64,000 nt of DNA from an uncultured Gammaproteobacteria bacterium. GTDB lineage: Bacteria; Patescibacteriota; Patescibacteriia; Patescibacteriales; UBA12465. Shown here piece by piece: positions 28,476 to 36,362 of this stretch. The position numbers were made by a program, and so were the translations under genes. The notes below the pieces were generated by a model that saw only the letters and a list, made by a program, of their open reading frames with translations, did not search any database and was not told where the DNA came from. The stretch is from positions 39,310 to 103,309 of the forward strand of contig CAZFBV010000001.1 of assembly GCA_964517325.1 (NCBI GenBank), given 5' to 3'. The number at the start of each line of letters is the position of its first letter. The first letter of the stretch is position 1.

Positions 28476-29861
28476 ATGGAAAAATCAAAATTTTGGCGTT
28501 CGCCATCGCGAATTTTGTTGGTTGTGAATTTGTTTTTTATTATAGTCATCTTTATTCTTGGCTCTTTCACCAAAGTTTTTCAAAAAGAAATCAGGTCGGG
28601 CGATTTAGCTTCTTACAACGGCCAAAAGATAGCTTTTATCGGCCGCGTCTGCGAAGAGGCCGATGTCGATTATAAGAGCCGAAGATTGACCTTATGCGCC
28701 GACGGCCAAGCAAAAGGCCAAGTTCTGGCAACGACCGATCTTTACCCTATTTATGACTATGGCGATTTCTTGAGTATCAGCGGGGAATTACAGGCGCCGC
28801 CGGTTATCGAGGGCTTTGATTATGAGAGTTATCTGGCGCGCTATGATATCTATTCGGTGATGTATTATCCGAAGATAAAGCTAGCGAGCGGAACTTTAAG
28901 TTGGTCTCAAACAGTCTATCAAAAATTGATAAAAGGCAAACAATTTTTAAAATCAATCATCGATTCCAATTTGCCTGAACCCGAAGCCGGATTGGCAGAC
29001 GCGCTCCTGCTCGGTTATCGCCGCACTGTCTATCGGGAAGATCTGGATATGTTCGCGCGCGTCGGCCTGAGCCATATGATCGCCATTTCCGGCTCGCATA
29101 TCACGATCTTGAGCGCGATGGCGCTGAATTTCTTGTTAGCGCTCGGATTTTCTCGCCGCCACGCTTTGAAGATTATTTTTGTCTTCTTATTCCTGTATCC
29201 GTTTATTACCGGCTTATCCGCTTCGGCTGTCCGTTCCGCTCTTATGGGCGCGTTAGCTTTCCTGGCAATCTATTATGAACGGATCAGTTCGTTGATAAGA
29301 GCGCTGGTTTTCGCGGCCGCGCTTATGTTGGCTTTCAATCCGCGCCTGCTGCGCGACGATATCGGCTTCCAATTATCTTTCTTGGCGCTCTTAGGAATAA
29401 TTTACCTATATCCGTTAGGAGAAAAAATAACGCGGCGATTCTTGGAGAAGAGAAGATGGCGCACGAAAACCAAGAATGTCTTTAAGAATATCCTGGATAC
29501 TATCAATTTAACCATCGTGTCCCAGATAGTCATCCTGCCTATCGCTTTGATAGATTTTAAGCAGTTTTCCGTCATCGCGCCCCTAGCTAACGTCTTGGTT
29601 CTTTGGACCTTCGCGCCCCTCTTAGCCGCGCTGATTATCGGGATTATAGCCGCCGCCCTTATTCCGCCTTTGGGGGTATTGTTTTTGATGCCAGCTTATT
29701 TTTTATTGAGATTTATTTTTTTGGTTTCAGAGATTCTGGCAAAACCCGCTTGGGCGGCGGTTTCCGTTTCCGGTTTCGGCTGGCAGTTCGGGGCGGTCTA
29801 TTATGTAGCTTTAGCGGTTATAATGATATATTTCCGCAAGGTGAGAACAACATTGACATAA
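28476..29861 (+). CDS. comEC: ComEC/Rec2-family DNA-uptake channel (no metallo-beta-lactamase domain)
   Basis: 461 aa, polytopic. Competence-domain motif GLSHMIAISGSHITIL. The ORF ends without the C-terminal MBL domain. Confidence 0.75.
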   Translation: MEKSKFWRSPSRILLVVNLFFIIVIFILGSFTKVFQKEIRSGDLASYNGQKIAFIGRVCEEADVDYKSRRLTLCADGQAKGQVLATTDLYPIYDYGDFLSISGELQAPPVIEGFDYESYLARYDIYSVMYYPKIKLASGTLSWSQTVYQKLIKGKQFLKSIIDSNLPEPEAGLADALLLGYRRTVYREDLDMFARVGLSHMIAISGSHITILSAMALNFLLALGFSRRHALKIIFVFLFLYPFITGLSASAVRSALMGALAFLAIYYERISSLIRALVFAAALMLAFNPRLLRDDIGFQLSFLALLGIIYLYPLGEKITRRFLEKRRWRTKTKNVFKNILDTINLTIVSQIVILPIALIDFKQFSVIAPLANVLVLWTFAPLLAALIIGIIAAALIPPLGVLFLMPAYFLLRFIFLVSEILAKPAWAAVSVSGFGWQFGAVYYVALAVIMIYFRKVRTTLT

Positions 29862-29930
29862 ATTTAAAAATATGATAATATTTAAAGCTACTTTAACAAT
29901 AAAATATAAACCAAAATAGGAGGACAAAAA

Positions 29931-30485
29931 ATGAACAAGAATCTCGAATACCTCTTTAATTTTCTTTTAGCCGCGTTAATAACTGTATCTATCAGTATCT
30001 TGGCGGGAATTGAAAATTTTTCTGTCATTCTGGGTATATTTCTCGTATCTTACCCATGGAAGATAATGGGCTCTATTCTTTCTCTATTCGGCGGCGCTAA
30101 TTGTTCCGGAAATGTTTATTCCGTATTTCCCCTGATCCAGATTTCTCAAGGGGATTCCTATGGAATAATTAGTCCGGTTTGTTTTCAGAAGGCCGGAAGA
30201 AATACCTTTTTGATGATAGGTGTTTCTTTTTTTCAAAGCGCCCAAGCATCTTTCTTGGGTCTTGGAATAGTTATTGACCAGTTGGCGGCAGAAAATTCTT
30301 CGATAGCCGCAGGAATTGTCATCAATCAAACTTCAGCCGACGAGGCGGCCTGCGGCATAGGGGTAGTTTTTCGCCAAAGAGCGGAAAATAAAGCCTATTT
30401 AGGATTTGGAATCCCTTTCTTCCAGAAAGCTAAAGAATACGGAGTAGATTGGAAGGCAGCAGATGAGATACTCACAAAAAATTGA
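29931..30485 (+). CDS. orphan membrane protein with six or seven ~16-residue G[IV]x[FI]xQxA repeats
   Basis: 184 aa. Strong SD (AGGAGG 8 nt upstream) and its own terminator. Two N-terminal TM helices, then periodic units GVSFFQSAQ / GIVIDQLAA / GIVINQTSA / GVVFRQRAE / GIPFFQKAK. Confidence 0.55.
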   Translation: MNKNLEYLFNFLLAALITVSISILAGIENFSVILGIFLVSYPWKIMGSILSLFGGANCSGNVYSVFPLIQISQGDSYGIISPVCFQKAGRNTFLMIGVSFFQSAQASFLGLGIVIDQLAAENSSIAAGIVINQTSADEAACGIGVVFRQRAENKAYLGFGIPFFQKAKEYGVDWKAADEILTKN

Positions 30486-30506
30486 AAACAAACATTAAAA
30501 ATGAAC

Positions 30507-30530
30507 AAGGAGACATCAGTCTCCTTTTTT
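30507..30530 (+). terminator. intrinsic terminator
   Basis: aaggagac-atca-gtctcctt hairpin followed by tttt. Confidence 0.75.
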
Positions 30531-30703
30531 ATTTTCAAAAAATAGTTCGGCGCCACCCCTTAATTTAAAGGCGGGTAGAATCTTGATAAAAATAAAATAT
30601 TATGTTAATTTTAAATATTAAATATGAGGCTCTATTCCGTCTCCGTTTAATTAAAAAAGAACATTAATAACTAACATTATAAACTAAAAGAAAGGGAAGA
30701 ATC

Positions 30704-31456
30704 ATGGACAAAAAAATTGTCAAAGCGGCCATTTGGGCTTTTGTTAAAAACAATCGCCACGATGAAGCTTTAAAGGCCATCCAGTATCTGGATTCCCTGG
30801 AAGATCGAGATAGGCTCTTGGTTAGCATCTCGGATAGCTATTTAAAAGAGATAAATCAGGCGGACCGATTAGGCAGTTTTAATGGCCTGACCGAAGCTAA
30901 TTGGGCCGATCTGGTGAGGTGTTTTAAGTCAGCTAAAATTTTCTCTGAACAGATAGATGATATCGAGAAGCGCTGGCTTATGAATAAGAAGATCATCAGA
31001 AAGGGCTCGGAGTATATCAAAAAAATGAATGCCCCGGTCGATGAGCTGGCTGATTTCTTGTATGACCTGATATGTGCATCAATATCTTTATCGCCAAAAG
31101 AAGATCTTGACGTCTTCATTCGAAAGATAATCGATGTTTATCTGGAGGTGCAGAATCTCAAGGGAGTGAAGATATTTCAGCTTTCTCAATTGATGTCTGT
31201 CGAATTGGATCGGCTGGAAGCTGAAAGGCTTTTAGAAATTTTTATCAGATGGGGCGATTATGACGCTCTGAAGATGATCGGAAACAAGTATGGCAAGCTC
31301 GGGGATATCGTGGCCAACAGATGGAAGGAAATACTCGTAAATTGCCTGGAAAGAAAGGGGATTGATGAGGCCATCAAGGCGTTGTCCATAATAAGCAATC
31401 CCAGCGAACGCCTGGACTACGCTGAATTATTAGATGCCTGTCCGGGGCAGAACTAG
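30704..31456 (+). CDS. hypothetical protein (predicted all-alpha, repeat-like)
   Basis: 250 aa. No recognisable motif. In an A+T-rich segment and followed by a terminator. Confidence 0.5.
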   Translation: MDKKIVKAAIWAFVKNNRHDEALKAIQYLDSLEDRDRLLVSISDSYLKEINQADRLGSFNGLTEANWADLVRCFKSAKIFSEQIDDIEKRWLMNKKIIRKGSEYIKKMNAPVDELADFLYDLICASISLSPKEDLDVFIRKIIDVYLEVQNLKGVKIFQLSQLMSVELDRLEAERLLEIFIRWGDYDALKMIGNKYGKLGDIVANRWKEILVNCLERKGIDEAIKALSIISNPSERLDYAELLDACPGQN

Positions 31457-31487
31457 CGCAGAGAAATTTAAGATCGCTTTGATTAGT

Positions 31488-31516
31488 AAAGAGGCATTAA
31501 AATATGCCTCTTTTTT
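31488..31516 (+). terminator. intrinsic terminator
   Basis: aaagaggcat-ttaaat-atgcctcttt hairpin followed by a T-run. Confidence 0.75.
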
Positions 31517-31532
31517 ATATCCGTTTCATTAC

Positions 31533-31560
31533 AAAAAAGACGTCTCGTGACGCCTTTTTT
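31533..31560 (-). terminator. intrinsic terminator for rpmB
   Basis: On the - strand, ggcgtc-acga-gacgtc (one G.U pair) followed by tttttt. The + strand version has an A.C mismatch. Confidence 0.6.
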
Positions 31561-31581
31561 ATATCTTTCGATTTGAAAATT

Positions 31582-31830
31582 TTATTTTGTCTTCTTAGCT
31601 CTCGTCTTGCTCATCGGCTTGACTGGCGCCTTGCCCGGCTTTCTCGGAGTCTTAACGCGTTTCGGCTTGTCGATCGTGCGTAAACAAGACGTGCATAGCT
31701 TAGCTTTCATGCCGTCGATAGTTTTGCTCTGTAAATTGATATTCTGCCTCTTTAAGGTTTTGATCTTGGAATGGGAACGGCTGGCACCCTTAGTCGCGCT
31801 GCGTCCGCATAAATCGCATTTTTTCGCCAT
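31582..31830 (-). CDS. rpmB: ribosomal protein bL28 (Cys-containing form) with K/P-rich C-terminal tail
   Basis: 82 aa. CDLCGRSATKGASRSHSKIKTLKRQNINLQ...CTSC matches bL28. Confidence 0.85.
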   Translation of the reverse strand: MAKKCDLCGRSATKGASRSHSKIKTLKRQNINLQSKTIDGMKAKLCTSCLRTIDKPKRVKTPRKPGKAPVKPMSKTRAKKTK

Positions 31831-31901
31831 ATTGCTTGTGGTTAATCTTCTTATTTTTTTAATGGTTTTATTCTAACAGCATTTTTAAAATTAATCAAGT
31901 T

Positions 31902-32519
31902 ATGCTACAATATTTCCATATGATTGAAATATTTCAAATAATCGTCCTGATTTTATCGGCTATCGCCCATGAGTACATGCATGGTTGGATGGCTTTTCGC
32001 TTGGGCGACGACACAGCTAAGAACGCCGGCCGCTTGACCATGAACCCGCTAGCGCACCTGGAATGGTTCGGATCTTTTTTCCTTCCCCTGGTAATGATCC
32101 TGTCCGGCATGCCCTTCGTTTTCGGCTGGGCTAAACCGGTTCCTTATAACCCTTTCAATCTCCGAGACAAGAAATACGGGGAAGCGAAGGTCTCTCTGGC
32201 CGGACCTTTGGCTAATCTGGTAATAGCAGTATTTTTTGGCTTATGTTTGCGATTTTTACCATTTCTGAATATCTATTTTTCCGGACTTTTAGGCATTATC
32301 GTCTATATAAATCTCGTCCTGATGATTTTTAACTTAGTACCGATTCCTCCTTTGGACGGTTCAAAGATATTGGGAGCATTTTTGCCGGCTAATCTCAGGG
32401 AACGCTATCTGGGCAGCGAAAGGATCGGTTTTATCTTCGTTATCCTCTTTGTGATGCTCGCCGGGAACCTAATTATGCCGATAGTTAATTTTTTGTTTAA
32501 AGTTATTGTCGGGGCTTAG
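31902..32519 (+). CDS. M50-family (site-2 protease-like) membrane metallopeptidase
   Basis: 205 aa. HEYMHG (HExxH) within a TM helix and FNLVPIPPLDGSKIL (NxxPxxxLDG). Confidence 0.8.
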   Translation: MLQYFHMIEIFQIIVLILSAIAHEYMHGWMAFRLGDDTAKNAGRLTMNPLAHLEWFGSFFLPLVMILSGMPFVFGWAKPVPYNPFNLRDKKYGEAKVSLAGPLANLVIAVFFGLCLRFLPFLNIYFSGLLGIIVYINLVLMIFNLVPIPPLDGSKILGAFLPANLRERYLGSERIGFIFVILFVMLAGNLIMPIVNFLFKVIVGA

Positions 32520-32574
32520 AATGTTTGATCGCGTTTTAGCTAATAATAGCTATTCGGATAGTTTTTGGCTGACC

Positions 32575-32603
32575 TTGACTTATATTTTATATTTTGTTAA
32601 ATT
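32575..32603 (+). promoter_or_regulatory. candidate extended -10 promoter for the str operon
   Basis: TTGACT (32575-32580), 17 nt, TAAATT (32598-32603) preceded by TGt. Confidence 0.4.
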
Positions 32604-32631
32604 AAATTAGTAATAAAAAAGTCTAAAAGTC

Positions 32632-32649
32632 ATCCTGAATATTCAGGAT
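32632..32649. promoter_or_regulatory. perfect 18-bp palindrome in the rpsL upstream region
   Basis: atcctgaat|attcaggat followed by tattttt, 30 nt upstream of the rpsL ATG. Confidence 0.5.
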
Positions 32650-32678
32650 TATTTTTGATTATCAAGATCATAACGTTT

Positions 32679-33101
32679 ATGCCAACTATTAACCAATTGG
32701 TACGCCAGGGACGCAAATCTCTTGGAAAGAGACGCAACGCGATTGCTCTTCATTCCAGCCTTGATTCTCTGCATCGTAAGAAGAAAACTACCGCTCAAGG
32801 CGCTCCTTTCAAACAGGGCGTCTGCTTGAAGGTAACTACGACCACTCCGAAAAAACCGAACTCCGCTTTACGTAAGATTGCGCGCGTCCGTTTATCGAAT
32901 GGCATGGAAGTAACCGCTTATATCCCGGGTATGGGCCATAACTTGCAGGAACACTCTATCGTCCTCGTAAAAGGCGGCAAGACCAAAGATTTGCCTGGTG
33001 TTCGCTATAAGATCGTCCGCGGCGTCTTCGACGCTTCCGGCGTGGAGGCTCGCCGCCAAGGCAGAAGCTGCTATGGCGCGAAGAAGCCGAAAGCCAAATA
33101 A
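32679..33101 (+). CDS. rpsL: ribosomal protein uS12
   Basis: [13 protein letters not shown] start (track TTG 32655 is spurious) and KKPNSALRK motif. Confidence 0.93.
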   Translation: MPTINQLVRQGRKSLGKRRNAIALHSSLDSLHRKKKTTAQGAPFKQGVCLKVTTTTPKKPNSALRKIARVRLSNGMEVTAYIPGMGHNLQEHSIVLVKGGKTKDLPGVRYKIVRGVFDASGVEARRQGRSCYGAKKPKAK

Positions 33102-33132
33102 ACATGCAATTTTCAATTCTTAAATAAAAAAT

Positions 33133-33600
33133 ATGAGAGGTAAACCAGCTCCTAAAAGAACAATCGAGGGCGACGCTAAATATAACGATACGAATATCGC
33201 CAAGTTTATTAATTACGTCATGGAACGCGGCAAGAAAAGCGGCGCTGAAAAGATCGTCTATGGCGCTTTTGAAATCCTAAAAGACAAGACTAAACAGGAT
33301 CCTCGCCATATCTTCAATAAGGCGATCAAGAAGGTTTCTCCGCTCGTTGAAGTCAGAGGCAAACGCGTCGGCGGCGCTAACTATCAGGTCCCTTTCCAGG
33401 TTCGCGGCGAAAGACGCTATTTCTTGGCTTGCAATTGGCTGATCAATGCCGCTAACGACCGTAAAGGCCGCTCTACTGCGGAAAAATTAGCCACCGAGAT
33501 CCTCGATGCTTCTAACGGCGAAGGTACGGCTGTCAAGAAGAGAGAAGCTGTTCATAAGATGGCTGAAGCGAACAAAGCCTTCGCTCATTTCTCCAGATAA
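33133..33600 (+). CDS. rpsG: ribosomal protein uS7
   Basis: 155 aa. Position between rpsL and fusA, with typical uS7 sequence (VEVRGKRVGGANYQVP). Confidence 0.92.
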   Translation: MRGKPAPKRTIEGDAKYNDTNIAKFINYVMERGKKSGAEKIVYGAFEILKDKTKQDPRHIFNKAIKKVSPLVEVRGKRVGGANYQVPFQVRGERRYFLACNWLINAANDRKGRSTAEKLATEILDASNGEGTAVKKREAVHKMAEANKAFAHFSR

Positions 33601-33643
33601 ATCAATAGAGACATTTTCATTCAATAATTTGTAATCTTTTTAT

Positions 33644-35722
33644 ATGGCTCGAGACTACGCGTTGGAAAACATCAGAAACATCGGCATCATGGCGCACATC
33701 GACGCCGGCAAAACTACTTTTACCGAGCGTGTTTTGTTTTATACCGGCAAGAAGCATAAGATCGGCGAAGTCCATGAAGGCGCCGCGGAAATGGATTGGA
33801 TGGAACAGGAAAAGGAAAGGGGTATCACTATTACCTCTGCCGCGACCACTTGTTTTTGGAAACAGAATAAGATCAATATCATCGATACCCCAGGGCACGT
33901 CGATTTCACTGTCGAAGTCGAGCGCTCTTTGCGTGTTTTAGACGGCGCTATCGCTGTCTTCGATGGCCAGGCCGGCGTCGAGCCGCAGTCTGAAACTGTC
34001 TGGCGCCAAGCGGATAAATACAATGTTCCTCGCCTGTGTTTCGTCAATAAGATGGATAAAATGGGTGCGGATTTTTACATGAGTTTGAACTCCATCAAGA
34101 CCAGATTGAACCAGAAAGCCGTGGCTATCCAGCTGCCTATCGGCGCGGAAAGCAATCTTAGCGGCGTTATCGACTTATTAGCTCAGAAGGCGTATAAGTT
34201 TACCGGCATGAATGGCGTCAATATTGAAGAGATCCCGGTTCCGGAAGATATGAAAGATAAGGTTGCTAAGTTCCATAACGAATTGATCGAAAAAGCCGTA
34301 GAGTGCGATGAAGCGACTATGGAAAAATATCTGAGCGGCGAGGAAATATCTTCTGAAGAATTGAAAGCAGCCATCAGAAAAGGCGTGATCGCTAATGCTA
34401 TTTATCCGGTTTTATGCGGTACCGCTTTGCAGAATATCGGCGTCCAGTTAGCGCTTGATGCGGTCAATGATTATCTCCCGTCTCCTTTGGATGTCCCGAC
34501 TTTGGAAGTGACCGACATGAAAGATGCGGATAAGAAGATTATCATTACGGCTGATGATGGCAAGCCTTTCGTCGGCTTAGCTTTTAAGATCGCCACTGAT
34601 CCGTTCGTCGGCAAGCTTTGCTTCGTCCGCGTTTATCAGGGTGTCCTGACGGCCGGTTCCTATATTCTCAACTCGTCTAAAGATAATAAAGAAAGAGTCG
34701 GGCGCTTGGTCCGCATGCATGCCAATCATCGTGAAGAAATCAAGGAGATCTGCGCTGGAGATATCGCCGCCGTTATCGGTTTGAAGAGCACGACTACCGG
34801 CAATACTTTGTGCGATGAGAATTCTCCTGTCTTATTAGAATCTATTGTTTTCCCGGAACCGGTCATTAAGATTGCGGTCGAACCGAAGACTAAGGCCGAC
34901 CAGGAGAAAATGGGCGTCGCCTTACAGCGTTTGGCTGAAGAAGATCCGACTTTCCGCGTCGAGACCGATCCGGAAACTAACCAGGTTCTCATTTCCGGCA
35001 TGGGCGAACTTCATTTGGAAATCATTGTCGATCGCATGAAGCGTGAATTCGGCGTCGAAGCTAACGTCGGCAATCCTCAGGTTTCTTATCGCGAAACGAT
35101 AACCAAAACGGCTGAAGCGGAACATAAATACGTCAAGCAATCCGGCGGTAAAGGACAATATGGACATTGTGCTTTGCGCGTCGAACCGCTTGAAACCGGC
35201 AAAGGCTTCGAGTTTGCCGATGAAGTTAAAGGCGGAGTCATTCCTCGCGAATTTATCCCGGCGATTGAAAAGGGCGTTAAGGAAGCGATTCTCAGCGGCA
35301 TCGTGGCCGGATACCCGATGGTTGATGTCAAAGCGGCCGTTTATTACGGTTCTTACCATGAAGTCGACTCTTCGGAAATCGCTTTCAAATTAGCAGCTAT
35401 CTTCGCTTTTAAGGAAGCTTGCCAGAAAGCCGGCGCTATCCTGCTCGAACCGATTATGAAAGTTGAAGTCACTACCCCGGAAGAATATATGGGCAACATC
35501 ATCGGCGATCTTAGTTCCAAGAGAGGACAGATCGAAGAAATGTCTGATCGCGCGAATATCAAAGTCGTCAAGGCTAAAGTTCCGCTTGCTGAAATGTTCG
35601 GCTATTCTACCGGCTTGCGTTCCATGAGCCAAGGCCGCGCTAATTATGTGATGGAATTCTCTCATTACTCGGAAGTGCCGAAGAATATCTTAGAGGCTAT
35701 CAAAGAGAAGCAAGGGAAGTAA
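33644..35722 (+). CDS. fusA: elongation factor G
   Basis: 692 aa. [17 protein letters not shown] and NKMDK GTPase motifs. Confidence 0.95.
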   Translation: MARDYALENIRNIGIMAHIDAGKTTFTERVLFYTGKKHKIGEVHEGAAEMDWMEQEKERGITITSAATTCFWKQNKINIIDTPGHVDFTVEVERSLRVLDGAIAVFDGQAGVEPQSETVWRQADKYNVPRLCFVNKMDKMGADFYMSLNSIKTRLNQKAVAIQLPIGAESNLSGVIDLLAQKAYKFTGMNGVNIEEIPVPEDMKDKVAKFHNELIEKAVECDEATMEKYLSGEEISSEELKAAIRKGVIANAIYPVLCGTALQNIGVQLALDAVNDYLPSPLDVPTLEVTDMKDADKKIIITADDGKPFVGLAFKIATDPFVGKLCFVRVYQGVLTAGSYILNSSKDNKERVGRLVRMHANHREEIKEICAGDIAAVIGLKSTTTGNTLCDENSPVLLESIVFPEPVIKIAVEPKTKADQEKMGVALQRLAEEDPTFRVETDPETNQVLISGMGELHLEIIVDRMKREFGVEANVGNPQVSYRETITKTAEAEHKYVKQSGGKGQYGHCALRVEPLETGKGFEFADEVKGGVIPREFIPAIEKGVKEAILSGIVAGYPMVDVKAAVYYGSYHEVDSSEIAFKLAAIFAFKEACQKAGAILLEPIMKVEVTTPEEYMGNIIGDLSSKRGQIEEMSDRANIKVVKAKVPLAEMFGYSTGLRSMSQGRANYVMEFSHYSEVPKNILEAIKEKQGK

Positions 35723-35822
35723 AAAATTATATTTTTTCCACTCAGGATTTTTTCTGTGGCAAAATCAATTAACATTGATTTTGCTCTACGAAAAAATATT
35801 CGTTCCAAAAATATGATTTTTT
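35721..35822 (+). repeat. structured palindromic repeat, copy A (REP-like family)
   Basis: Starts inside the fusA stop codon. 16-bp outer stem (one G.U), 8-bp middle stem attttttc/gaaaaaat, conserved tgtg...tctac, and an 11-bp apical hairpin gcaaaatcaat-taac-attgattttgc. Homologous to 52014-52123 and 52144-52246. Confidence 0.8.
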
Positions 35823-35851
35823 ACAACAGTTCATATTAATAACATTTGTGT

Positions 35852-36235
35852 ATGTTCCCAGAACAGTTAAAAAAAATTCTGAACCTAGTTAAAAAGACCG
35901 GTGACCGGGTAGTAATCTTCGACGCCAGCGCTCCGGATGATTCTTATGTGATCATGGGTTTTGATAATTATGCCGCTGGCCTGAATTCTGTTCCGTCCTC
36001 AAAAATCGCCAAGATTCAAGAAACCCCGGCTAATACCCCGATTATGGCTGATTTATCAGTAAATTTTGAAGAAAAGGAAAATTTGACAGAAGAAGATTTA
36101 ACTGATAAGATTAATCGCGAAATCTCGATGTGGAAAAATCGAGAAAATTCTGTTTTCTTGGGGGAAGAGAATAAGCCTAAAAAAGCTTGGCAAATCCCTT
36201 CGAAAGTAAAAGATAAAGCGCAGGAAATAGAGTAA
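35852..36235 (+). CDS. hypothetical acidic protein inserted between fusA and tuf
   Basis: 127 aa from ATG 35852 (track TTG 35846). No recognisable motif. Confidence 0.5.
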   Translation: MFPEQLKKILNLVKKTGDRVVIFDASAPDDSYVIMGFDNYAAGLNSVPSSKIAKIQETPANTPIMADLSVNFEEKENLTEEDLTDKINREISMWKNRENSVFLGEENKPKKAWQIPSKVKDKAQEIE

Positions 36236-36292
36236 TAATAGGTAAGAGTTTAACAAGGTTATAAATAATTTAAATAACAATTAATTAATTAA

Positions 36293-36356
36293 GTTCGGCT
36301 GGTTTCCTGGGTTAATCCAGGAAAGAAACCCCGTGGTAAACGGGGGCCTAACACCA
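36293..36356 (+). promoter_or_regulatory. structured tuf leader with acceptor/T-arm-like minihelix ending ACCA
   Basis: gttcggc (36293-99) pairs 6 of 7 with gcctaac (36346-52). A ccccg-tggtaaa-cgggg hairpin abuts the 3' strand. Inner hairpin tttcctgg-gttaat-ccaggaaa. Ends a-cca, 7 nt before the tuf ATG. Confidence 0.35.
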
Positions 36357-36362
36357 AAAAAC

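Noticed and set aside
35721-35822. Whether the long-hairpin repeats are SRP (4.5S) RNA, 6S RNA, CRISPR repeats or integron attC sites.
   Set aside because: They lack the SRP domain IV motifs and a GNRA apical loop. They are too short and symmetric for 6S RNA. There is no regular repeat-spacer array or cas genes. The ends have no RYYYAAC/GTTRRRY attC boxes. Multiple copies in both orientations argue against a single-copy housekeeping RNA.
36293-36356. Possible tRNA gene upstream of tuf; tRNA genes often precede tufB.
   Set aside because: There is no D-arm, the middle hairpin has a 6-nt loop with no sensible anticodon, the T-loop lacks the TTC consensus and the acceptor helix has a mismatch. 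It is kept only as a tRNA-like leader hypothesis.
36333-36362. Upstream alternative starts that extend tuf (GTG 36333), rpsL (TTG 32655), rplV (TTG 41252), rplE (TTG 44144), ftsW (13104), asnS (54406), the 55766 ORF and the receiver protein (1438).
   Set aside because: The extensions overlap the preceding gene or a structured leader, and the canonical conserved N-termini begin at the internal ATGs.
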